Of a DNA stretch of 64,000 nucleotides, positions 48,560 through 60,488 are shown piece by piece; position 1 is the stretch's first letter, and the number at the start of each line of letters is the position of its first letter. The translations under genes and the position numbers were made by a program. The DNA is from Azolla caroliniana (lineage: Eukaryota > Plantae > Polypodiophyta): NCBI GenBank assembly GCA_043228905.1, contig JBHGNT010000020.1, positions 9,300,001-9,364,000 of the forward strand. Reading direction: 5' to 3'. Under the pieces are notes generated by a model. It was given only the letters and a program-made list of their open reading frames with translations, was not told the DNA's origin and searched no databases.

Positions 48560-50260
48560 AGCAAATAGAATACAATAGAGTTTACCCAAATCCACAGTGG
48601 GATCAACATATACAACTTGGAGGAACAACTCCAAAACTATCAAACAAAAACAACAAAAACTCACCCGACCCTTAACTCCAACAAAACTGAAATAAAACCC
48701 ATTTTACCCCGACTCTACATCTCCCAACTAACTCTTTTCCAGCAACATTATTCGGGTAACATGACTATACTAACCCACTTTTGCTTCAGCAATACACACA
48801 TAATTACAACCCATGTACAATATTGGGAGCCATTGGTGGAAACAACCACCTAAGCGCTTGGTAATTGCACTTAGGCCTCGACGAAGATTTGACCATCATG
48901 GGAGAACCACTCCATTTCAGCTAGAACTTTGACCTTGCCCTTTCTGCTTCTTCTGATTCCCCCTGAATCGAATCATACCGACATCCCAACCAAGCCACAA
49001 AGCTCAAACCAGATAGTTAACTTCACCTCCCCGCATGAGAGCTTTTGTTGTTGAAAAACAAACTTACAACGCCTGATCCAGATGTGTTAGACCGTTAAAC
49101 ACGCCACCATAAGCCAAATCGCCTCAAAAAATTCAGAATTTGTGCCCGGCCTCACCCCATCACATTGGAACATGCTACCACTTTGCACTATAAATCCATG
49201 TCCTTGTGGGTTTAACTGTTCACCCAACTTTCTCCTTTTAGAAACAATCCTTGTATGGAGCCCCACACAACGTTCCCTTTCACACCACATGCTGCCACCT
49301 TTCGAAGGCTTCTACTCCAAATGCTAATCGCCGTTGTACAATTCCAAAACCAGTGAGAGATTGATTTCAAAGCATGTCCACATAACTTACAGACAGTCTT
49401 GTCACCACGGGAACTCAACCACTTGTCACCACAGGAACTCAACCACTTGCCTACAGGTACCACCTTGTGGCTAAGAAGCCACAACCAAGCCTTAATTTTT
49501 TTTGGCGTATCCAATGCCCATAGTCTCCTCCAAAACGACTTCAAATCGTCGGCTGAAATGCCTTCATCCTTCCAACTATTGCGAATCATTACAACACCCA
49601 CTATTTTGGAGCCAATGATTCGTCTTCCTAGCTTAGTATTGTACTCAAAAAACTTTTTCAAGTTGTTTGTTCCTAGTGTTTGCCACTATACCTCCAATGG
49701 ATCCCACTCCAAATCACATAAGGCCTTGTTATCGAAAACCCATATTTTACAATCATGATCAAGTGTCTTTGGGTCTGGGTTCAATTGCCACCTCCTACCC
49801 TCCAACACTACCACACACTTGCCATCATCTATCAAAGAACTTAGGTTACCCCACAAACGATCCTTATTAGTTGAGCACCTACCACAGATAAGTTGTGCAT
49901 CACCCTCACCTACAAACCAACATGACCAAATTGCCTCTTCCACATTCAACTTACCTAATCCATCAACAACCTCATCTGTCAGCTGAGTCACCTTCTCTAG
50001 TCTTCTAGTAAACCTACAATCCTGCCTCTTTATGCTGAAGACCTCCCAATCATGTACCGACCTAATCTTGTACCATAGCATCGTCCCCCAAGGCAAGCAC
50101 TTTTGTTGTCCAAGCATCATACCATCTTCACTTCTAATCCTAGGGTTCCAAAACAACGGTTGTCGTAGCAGTTCATCCAATGTTTTCAGTTGCATTAAGA
50201 CCAACCCTTCTTTTAAACTTGACCATGCCTTCATTATGGCGCAAACCTTCATCAATCAAA
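48560..50260 (-). mobile_element. Degenerate L1-type LINE 3' fragment with zf-RVT
   Basis: LLRQPLFWNPRI and FWRRLWALDTPKKIKAWLWLLSH..CKLCG..SISHWFWNC. Confidence 0.8.
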
Positions 50261-51474
50261 TTATGTTGTAACCTAATTAGAATAAAGTACAACTTGGAGT
50301 CATGAATAGGATACAATTTCGTTCAGTATGTTTAGAATGGAAATGGGTTTGAAACTTGCTTGTGTCATCTTTCGTTTTTATTCTAGCATATGGATCTATC
50401 TCCTATTTGAAAATATTGAGGAGTAATGTTGCCTCGTGGATGAAATGGTAGAGAAGGCCAAGTTTTTTAAAAAAGTAAAGATTCACCGTGGTATTAATGA
50501 AAAGATGCCCAAAGGCTACAAAGAATGGACCATACAATAAATTACAACCCTCCTACTTGGCACATGAATTCACATGTCTAGTAGCGGAAACCCTCATGCA
50601 TGGTCCTTTCAAGACAGGGGGTAGAAAAAGTCATCTTGGGGGAGCATATCTCCATTTTATTCTGTCCCCCAAAAAGGTAAAGAACTTTGCCTTTTTCCAA
50701 ATTTCTCGAAATTGTTGTTGCTTGCGAAACACAACATCAAGCTCACCATGTATTGTCTCATATTGACCTCTTAGAGTATGCAGGAGCATCAATCATATCT
50801 CCTTGACAACTCAACCACATTCGGTTTGACTTTCTAAAATACACACTTACATCTTGCCTTCCATAATATCCACACTACTAAAGAAGATATCGTAGACCAA
50901 ACCTTGTCTTCTTCCAAACAATGGATTGGTGTAGTATAAGAGGCCTCTAATACATGTCTTCCATCGGAGAGGAGAAGAAAATCAACATAACAGGTCTTAG
51001 AGAAGGCCAAGTTAAGTGATTACAAATGGCTTAATAAGATAAACATAGCCAATCGCGATGCAAATTTTAATTGCATGTAAGTAGATGTACATTCCTGTAA
51101 CAAAAGTTCCAACATGACAACAACAAACTTCATCATTTTTATTCTTCCTCGTGTGAAGGGAGTAGGGGTGCAAGGAATTTGTTGTGCCAAGTCAAGTCAT
51201 GTGAGTTTATGTGGTCTGAAAATGCACCCAAAATTTGTTGCATATAGGCATCAAATAAGAAATGAGGCGATAAAGAAGAATTAAATGTCAAAATGGAAGA
51301 CCTTACCGAGCAATGTGTTTTGTACATAGCGGCCACATGTTTATTAAACTCGAAACGTACGAGTAAATGATTTGCGGAAAAAACCTCTTGCACAACTAAC
51401 ATGTTAAGAATCTCTATCAAAAAGGACTCACGATGCATCATATACATGGGCTCCAATCTACTCCAAGTTTCCTC

Positions 51475-51860
51475 ATATAACATGGATTGAAATGTGAATC
51501 CGATGCTTATCTTTTTACAACCATTTCCACATATCCAACTTCAAAGGCTCTTTTGTCAATTTGTTCCAAAGACATTGTTTAGAAAAATCCATGAATGAGA
51601 TATAACATGGATTGAAATGTAGATCCCAAGCTTTATCTTTTTCCAACCATTTCCATATATCCAACTTCAAAGGCTCTTATGTCAATAATTTTGTCCCAAA
51701 TACATTGTTTAGAAAAATCCTTGAATGAGATATAACATGGATTGAAATGTAAATCCCAACCTTATCTTTTTACAACCATTTCCATATATCCAACTTCAAA
51801 GGCTCTTATGTCAATAATTTTGTCCCAAATACATTGTTTATAAAGATCCATGAATGAGAA
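51475..51860. repeat. Three ~125-130-bp tandem units
   Basis: ataacatggattgaaatgt...caaccatttcca(c/t)atatccaacttcaaaggctctt...acattgttta is repeated three times. Confidence 0.85.
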
Positions 51861-52949
51861 TCGTGAAGTAGATTGTGATGCATCAAGACACACGTCAGAT
51901 CAACAAACTTGCAGGACCCATTGATAGCCTTTGATACATAGAAGACAATTCTATGAGTTGATGAGTAGTGTTAGGTGTGTAACTTCATGCCAACCATATC
52001 AAAACATCAAAGTACTTGACTTCCATAAACTAAAAGCGTTTGTATGGATCATTACATACTATGTGTGGACAAAACAAATCTTGAATAATGACGGGATAAC
52101 AAACTTGCATCATATGTGGAATATCCATTGAAATGTATCATGGATCTTGCTAAAGGTATCATGTATCATGTATTTGCTAATGATTTCTTTATGTCATCCT
52201 CCATTCTCAAGTACTATTGCCTTTTGTTAATGAATTATCGTTAGCATTTATTGACATGTCCCTTTGCATGGGAACACCGTTCCCTTATATCTTATGTTGC
52301 AACAAAATTATTGATGCCACTCTTGATTTGCAACGACACTTGTTACAAGTATGCACTCCGTCATCCTCATCAACACCTCCATGTCTTGGAGCTCTAGAAT
52401 CTTGCTCCACCCTAAGATATGTTCTCTCTCTCTCTCTCTCATGGAAAAAGGGGGTGTGCAAGTATCTTTCTTTTTTTTTTCCCAAAAAAAGGGAGGGTGC
52501 AAGTATTGACTAAATGCCTCTTGAACTTTTGTGTGATTCCCAAAGTGTGCAAAGGGGGTCCCAAATTGGGTGTAGAGTTGCAGGATTCCCAAATTCGCTA
52601 CAGGAGAAATAAGGAATGAAACTATTGAAACATGGGAATCGTCATCAATGTCTCAATGAATGCATGTGTTTTGACCCTGAACGGATATTCATCGATGGAT
52701 CACGGTTGCAATTTCCAGGTGGGCGGCAAACGAACATTGAAGACTTCCAGGTTCCTAGGAACACACACGTCCGGGGAAATGTTGTGCTTTGCTTCTTACT
52801 TGGTTCATTGGAGCCCCCCCCCTCCCCCCAATCGTATGAAACGGACAACCTGTTTGGATGGATTTCAAAATTATTAGCGCCTTTTTTATACATATTGTTA
52901 TTATTGACGTCATACGTTCGTTCGTTTTATCATCATCATCAAGCTATAA

Positions 52950-53175
52950 TGAAACATGGATAGTGCACTGCAGATTGCAGACAGATGCGAGCAGCTTTTG
53001 GCTATGGCGGACACACATTCCTTACGCTTCTTCATTCCATCGTTCGTGTATCATCATTATCATCATCATCATCATCATCGTTGGCGGCATGGTCGAGTGA
53101 TATTGAAACATGGATAGTGCACTGCAGATTGCAGACAGACGCGAGCAGCTTTGGCTATGGCGGACAGACATTCAT
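52950..53175. repeat. ~70-bp direct duplication separated by (CAT)n
   Basis: tgaaacatggatagtgcactgcagattgcagacaga(t/c)gcgagcagcttt(t)ggctatggcggaca occurs at ~52950 and ~53104. Confidence 0.8.
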
Positions 53176-55324
53176 TACACCACGCATGGCATGGAGAATG
53201 TGGCAGGTCTACTACTACCACCGCTACTATTTCATGAGGAGCATGAGGTTATTCTGGAAATGAGAAGGAGATTTCTTCTCCAGAGAAGCATGACATTCTT
53301 CTCGAATGAGAAGGAGTCTTCTTTCTTCTTTGCATTTTCTTCTTCGTCGTCTTCTTCCTCTTCTTTCTTTATCTCTCACTCTTTAACACCCAGCCTTGAC
53401 AGTCAGACTTCCTATTGTACTTTCATTCTCTAGTTTTATGTCAAGCTTTCATCCTGTATCTGTTAAAATAACTAACACTGTGTAGCGTTTTGCATCTGTT
53501 TTCAGTATAATTCATTCATGTTGACGAAGGAGCTTCCTTCTTCATTGAATCTGCTCTGTTTACCATTGATCTTGCTTTGAGCTTCGTTTCTTGCTTATTT
53601 CTGAGAGATTCCTTGGTGGATGGCCAAATAGGAATATGGCAGAGGAAGAAGAAGAAGCAAATGATCTAGATGAATAGGAAGCCTTGGCTTTCACAGAGGG
53701 AAACGTTTCTGGAGTTAGTTCTATTAATCTCTTATAATATTTCAAAGATAAATTCATCCCCTACCTACATCTTCGCAATGAGCTAACCCTAAGTCGAAGA
53801 TAAGGAAGAGGCGAATCGTGAATCTGCAGATCAAACAAGCACGTTTTACCATAACATACATGTAATGTACAAGAAAATGCGATCTAATGGCTTCTTCGAT
53901 TCCGGACATCATGCTTGTACAGTAGCATGTAATATCCATCTGGTATTCTTTTGTCCCTTTCTTGTTTCGCAGTGAGGTCCACAAGTTATTGCTTGCTTGC
54001 GAATGTATAATAAAGCACTCGCTCTTTCTAACTAGGTATAAATTTCTCTGCGTTGAATCTTTATTCTCGGTCTATAATGTATATGCTCTAATAAGTTAAA
54101 TCGAGGCTTCTCCTTACCGTCGTGTTTTATTTTTACCTCACGCTATGAAATATCTCACTGTATTGATCAGATATGGATTACCGCACTACCGGTATACACA
54201 CAGGAGGTCCAGCCTTCTTGCTTCATTCCAAATTACGTTCTTGAACTTCACGTACATTTTTCAAATTCCATCTGTTCTCTTCATTTCCTCACCCGTTGGT
54301 ACTGTGCGTGAAATTATTGTCTCTTCCCTAGGACGGTATAGTAACAAATGATCAGAAGCGTAAGCCGGAATTACATGAGGATATCGATCTGTATTACTTA
54401 ATAAACCAGTCAAAAAAAAGATAAGACGCTAGTTATAAAGATAATACGGATGTGTAAGTATGTAGATGCTCCAGGGTGCACATTGCCCTTTGATCTCTTA
54501 TAATTTTCATTCGTCTCGATTGTCGTTCCTTTTGCAGATATATAGGGGTTTTGATTATCAGAATATGGATCCCTGCATGCCTGTTTTCAATAAGCAACAC
54601 ATGTATTACTAAAGAATGTGCGCCTAAAACTATAGTATAGTCTAAATATTCCTCTGGAGAAAAAAGGATGCTGTGAGTAGCTAATAAAGAGCTTCTTCTT
54701 TGGTAAGATTCCGCAATAGGATGTATAAACATTACTATCGCAATCAACTGTTAATTTATTACACATGTCGGTCACCACTATTCAGCTGGCTTAACCTTGT
54801 CATCAATCGTCGTGCCGTTTAATTCTGATCCGTAAGAAGATAACTATCACAGCCATACCACCAGATTACTGCATCAAACCAAGAGAATGATGGTATACCC
54901 GGCTACTATTAATAATCAGTTGCAATGAAAGAATATGAATATTTCGTTGGCCCCTACAATGAAAGAAGAGACGTCAATAATATCAAGAAGAGATGGATTT
55001 ACATCCCGCTGGCGTGTAGACACGTTAATAAAAGTCGTGGTGTTATAGGTTTTCTCTTTCACACACACACGTTTCATTCAATATATACATAGACAGTACG
55101 CACGGCGGCACGGGCGTTAATTGTCATTTATATATATGTTTGTTGAAACAATTAACTAGCATCGGAAAAAAAATGGTGATGCAGGAACTAGAGGAAGGAT
55201 GGTGTTTCCGTGCATACACTAATTACGAACTGATTACTAATCAAGCTTTAACTGAAACAGTTATGAATTAGTAGTCAGCATGAAGAACCAGCAGCTCATG
55301 CTGCAGGGATTGAATATTGTATAG

Positions 55325-56457
55325 CTAGAGAATATGTTGCAGCATTGCAAAATAATCTCTCAGGGCCGGTGGCACATTGTCGCGGCTATGCTGGTTCCCC
55401 ATCATCATCATCAAATCACTATGATGATGATGATCCACAAGATTAGATGTAGATAAGGGTGCCACTTGAGCACTGTCAAGTGGCTGTACATCAGTTGACA
55501 ATGGTTGCTCCTGTAGTTCTGGAAGCATATCATCGTCCCAAAGCAGCTCATGGGCTAGGTATTGCAAGATGGCTTCATCACTGGCAGTTGGAGGCCAAGA
55601 CGATGCTATGTTAGTCTCTGTTTCGAACATTGGAGGAGGAGCACTAGTGGGAGCACAGGTGGTTGACATTGTTACAGGGTCGACGTAGGCTCCTGTTTCC
55701 AGCATAATTGGATCATCTGGTAGCATAATCGGATCATCTGGGAGCATAATCAAATCATCAGGCATCCCTGCGATACTGTTGCTGTTGAAAATTGTAGGAG
55801 CACAGGTGGTTGACATTGTAGGGTAGATGTAGGCTCCTGTTTCAGGCACTGTGACTTGGCAGTCCCACAGTAGCGTTATTGGATCATCCCGCGCTCCTGT
55901 ACAATTATCATCATCTGTCATATACCCCTAATTAGCATCAAAATTGTTTAGGTACATAACTAACTGGCTTCCAAGCTTTATATAAGAAGAGAAGAGAAGT
56001 GCACACCTGTCATAAATTTGGTCCAAGGGCTAAAAGAAGCCTCCAATTCTTGATGATGATCACTAGGCAAGCCGATAATGCTGCTGATGTTGTTGGCCGC
56101 ATGAGCTGTGGACTCGGACTCGACAGTATTGCATGTCTTCTTCCTCTTCGACTTCTTCTTGCTGATGCTCTGCCCGTCGCTTCTGTATGTGAACTCAAAG
56201 TTGCAGGGAGAGATGCACCTGTAACGCGGCTGATCGAAGTTCGACACGCGGCTGCCGGGAGTTCGATAGCGGTTGTTGAAGTAGCGGAATTCTGTGTTGC
56301 ATTGTCCGCACTTGTTGCAAACAGGCGTGAGAGCTCGATAATATGCCTCCTCTGGCGTCACATCAGCGGGCATCTTTTTGGGACGACGTGATGATCGCTT
56401 CTTGATCGCACTCTCAGGAGATGATACTTCTTCTCTTCTCACCATTTCTGATCCCAT
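55325..56457 (-). CDS. Divergent Dof-like zinc-finger protein, putative transcription factor (~346 aa); exons 56457-56007 and 55914-55325
   Basis: CNKC..NTEFRYFNN..QPRYRC..C..FT resembles the Dof signature CPRC..NTKFCYYNN..QPRHFC..C.RYWT. Basic clusters flank it and the C-terminus is acidic and Pro-rich. A 92-nt GT-AG intron with a CTAAT branch-like motif joins the two ORFs in frame. Confidence 0.72.
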
Positions 56458-56465
56458 TGCTACTG

Positions 56466-56890
56466 TCTCCTCCTCCTCCTGCGTCTTCTCCTTCTCCTTC
56501 TCCTTCTCCTTCAGCTTCTACTTCTACTTCTACTTCTACTTCGGCTTACACCTACCTCTTTTTCTGCTTCTGCTTCCTAATTCTCCTCTTCTTCTTCGAC
56601 CTTAGAACCCTAGAACAACCCTAGAACAACCAAACACCAACAAGCAAGAAGGAGCAGGCTGCTGTTCGCGTTCTTATTCTCCTCCTCCTCCTACTACTCC
56701 TATTATCACCACCACCACCACCACCACCACTACTCTACAACTACCTACCTCTTCTTCTTCTTCTTCTTCTTCCTAATTCTGATTCTGCACTTGCTGTTGC
56801 TTCTGCGTCTGCTGTTCGCGTTCTTATTCTCCTCCTCCTCCTCCTCCTCCTCCTCCTATTATCACCACCACCACTACTACTACGCTACTA
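56466..56890. repeat. Compound microsatellites and a duplicated block in the 5' region of the Dof-like gene
   Basis: (TCC)n, (TTCTCC)n, (TTCTAC)n, (CAC)n and (CTT)n tracts. The block ctgctgttcgcgttcttattctcctcc..tattatcaccacc occurs at ~56659 and ~56808. Confidence 0.8.
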
Positions 56891-57899
56891 CAAAATGGAA
56901 GAAGTCCGTCGTCCTGACGGAACCCTTAAAACGCCGGCAGCAGCTGGACGACGTCGAGGATCGATACGGGCCAATCACACGTCGCCGTGCTTCTCCGTCT
57001 GCTTTACAAATATAATTATATATACATACGTATACATAAATCCCCATAAAATATACTACACACTCACACCATTTTGGTTGGTTTCTACATGGCTGCTAGT
57101 CCACCCACATGGTCATGGGACCCTACGTCTATCTCTATGCAATGCTTTCGTACATCATTGCGGCCGACTTCCAATCCATGACATCTACTAAGTATGACAT
57201 GCTCATCGACAACAATGACTATCAACTTTGCTCTACCAATGTGTGTTCTCCTAACTAGACGCGTCACTTTCCACGTATTTAAAAGACTAACAAAGAGCCA
57301 CTCAAACCACTTCGTGCACGAGTTGATGAGGATGTTTACTTGTTGTAGGCACTCGATGTCAACTGGCAAATTATAGTTAAGTTTGAAAATTGTGTCTCGC
57401 CTTTCCTTGGGTGCCAACGGAGGTGTTCCGTTGTCCTTGGTGAACGTGGTCACATTCCGGAATGTGCAAACGTACAGGTCTCATCAACGTCAACTTTGAG
57501 AGGGGGTGCTCGAGTGATGTTGTACTGCGCTTGGCAACGAGTGTATGGTGGGGTGGTGGGCCAATTTGGAGCTTTGTGCAAAGATAGTGTGTGAAGAATC
57601 GGGCAACGCTCACTAGAGGCTTATGATGCCCACGCCACTCATGTAGACATGCATGAAAATTGCGAGCCAGGGTCGTGTGCCCATTTCACGAACTTCCTTG
57701 TGATATGAAGTATATTGTCAATTGAGATTGTATCCCCGATTGCGCTACATTTTTCATATAGGTGCTCAGGGACCTCGACCAATTGCGGGAGAGTCCACCA
57801 TCAAGTCGGAGGAGGACATCATGCCAAGTCTTGGGGTCAAGCTTCGACAATTCCTCAAGTGTGAACTTGACATTTTTGGATAAGATGCAATGTAGATGC

Positions 57900-58110
57900 G
57901 TGTCATTGTTCATAGGGGTGCCCAAGTCTAGGAAGATGACTCTTCAATAACTTTGTATAATAACATTACCTCTCTAAGAGGAAATCTAATGTTTCTAAAA
58001 GCCTCGTGCCATTGTTCATAGGGGTGCCCAAGTCTAGGAAGATGACTCTTCAATAGCTTTGTATAATAACTTTACCTCTCTAAGAGGAAATTTAATGTTT
58101 CTAAAAGCCT
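57900..58110. repeat. ~106-bp tandem duplication
   Basis: cattgttcataggggtgcccaagtctaggaagatgactcttcaata...gtttctaaaagcct occurs twice. Confidence 0.85.
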
Positions 58111-59249
58111 GGTTCGCTAATCATTACCTCTTCTAGTTGGGCATGCAAACTAGTAAAGGAATGGAATGTGAATGCACAATTTGAGACGATCATTGATGAT
58201 TTGCTTATGATGGCCATTGAACCATATGCCTAGTAGAGGCCCTCACATCCAAGTGAATAATTTCAAATTCAAATATAATGGCATTTAGGTAAACCTAACA
58301 TATGGCAACAAACACATGCAATCACATCTTATTATACTTCGTTGTTGTGGAGTTATGCACATGCGTGTGAAATGTGAGTAGAACCACATGGAAAACCTAA
58401 ACAACGGAACATGGGATTGGCTCCAATTGATGATCAAGAGCCTCAAAATTATCGGTTGTACTAGCTTTAAGTTGAATCCTTCGAATGTTGTTGATAGAGT
58501 TTTAATAGTATAATCAAGTGTGTGTGTATGGGTGCTTAAGTAAATGTGTGAGTTCATGAGTGCCTAGGCATATAAGAGTATTTATATGGTTGTCTTGTAT
58601 CTGTGCACAAATATGGCTATGTATATGTTTATATATGTGTGCATGAACACATGCATGCAAAATACAATGCATGTGTGTACTTGAGCGAGTGAGTGTGTGT
58701 ATGGACATATAAATATGCACATATTTATGTATATATACATAAATATCAATACGTGGAAATGTGCATATGTGTATGCATATGGTTACATGTGTAAGCATGT
58801 ATATGTTTATATTTGCATGTGCATTATATTTGTATTAATGTTTATGTATATGTGATTGAAATGTGAACATCTAGCGAAACCCCTTTTTGAGGATGATTCA
58901 TTCTGACCTTCTTCCATTGAACAATTAACACATGTTGATGCATTCGAATTAGCTCAAGAATTCTCTACAATGTGGAAGGAATGGATTATCCTTAGAATGT
59001 TCCCTAATTTTACTTTCAAAAGGATAAGCTTGACTTGAATTCTCCACACAAGAATCCCTTCAACACGTTTGGCAAATTTTTGTACTTTAGCACCTACTTC
59101 AGTTACTGCATTTTTAGACACCAAACTTTCCATGATGCCCATGCGTCAGAATTCGGAATATATTGGAGAATAGGACTTTGGATGTGTTAATTCAATACCA
59201 TTCTCCTCAATACCATGATACCTCTCATCGAATACAATAATTACCTGCA

Positions 59250-60125
59250 AAAGAAAATGATTCTATTGTCCTTGTCCCCTCATGGAAGTATGCTTCAGCC
59301 CCCAAAAACGTCATCACTCATCCTTATCAAACAAAGAGAATATGCTTCCTTTTCCCCAATGAACATGTCGTCGATTACCACCAATGTCCACATCAACCAT
59401 CTCGCCGTAGACTAACAAAGTCCGGTACATACCAAAAAACATAATGACACTACTCTCTTGATCCCCTCATGAAATTCCGCTTCTTCCCTCGACACCATCG
59501 TCACTCATCCTTTACGAAAATAGACAATGTTCTTTGTTTTCCACATCAACCGTCTGTTCATTTACCACCAAAGTCCTGTACAAACAAAAGTAGAGTGAAT
59601 GTGTTGTCCTCATCCCCTCATAAAAAACTGCTTCAGTCCCCAACACCACCATGATTCACTCATCCTTAGAAAATAGAAAATTTGCTTCAATGACCACATC
59701 AACCATCTCGTTGTATACCACCAAGGACCTGTACCTACAAAAATAGAATGGGACTACTCTCCTAATCCCCTCATGAAATTATGCTTCATCCCCCTACACC
59801 ATCGTCACTCATCCTTTACAGAAATAAAAAATGTGCTTTGTTTTCCACATCAACCGTCTGTTCGTTTACCACAAAATTCTTGTACAAACAAAATTAGAGT
59901 GAATGTGTTGTCCTCATCCCCTCATAAAAATCTGCTTCAGCCCCCGACAACACCAACACTCATCCTTACAAAATAGAAATTCTTCAGTGACCACATCAAC
60001 CATCTCGTTGTATACCACCAAAGTCTTGTACCTACAAAAAACAGAATGAGACTACTCTCCTAATCCCCTCATGAAAGTATGCTTCATCCCCACTGTACAA
60101 TTGAAAATTGCTTGGTTTTCACATC
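59250..60125. repeat. Higher-order tandem repeat (~300-bp units of shorter subrepeats)
   Basis: atcccctcat, cactcatcctt and ccacatcaacc recur. 59450-59750 and 59755-60050 are close copies. Confidence 0.8.
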
Positions 60126-60357
60126 AACTGTCATCTCGATGTTTACCAACGAAATCCATTAGAATCCTCGACCATCTCACCGAATCCACCAATATTGAAT
60201 AATTAATGTGGACCTACTATGAAGTCATGTTGTGGCGGAAACAACCAACGAAGTGGAACATAGTTCCACTTAACATTATCCCCTGCATCCAACATAATAC
60301 GAATAATTGACTGGGCTCTTCGAATTCTCCTTCTTTTTTGGTTAGTTACATTTCCAT

Positions 60358-60443
60358 TGTCAGGAATAGTACTAAAATAGAGAGAGAGTTAGTACTAGAG
60401 AAGGGAAGTACTATTAGTACTCAGAGGACGGACTATGTAAGAC

Positions 60444-60488
<45 letters not shown>

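Noticed and set aside
50300-52600. Short ORFs (e.g. 51139-51483) as a gene or transposase
   Set aside because: No recognisable motif or consistent exon structure was found, so the region is left unassigned.
58514-58860. 94-aa His/Ile-rich ORF
   Set aside because: It translates degenerate (TA/TG)n low-complexity sequence.
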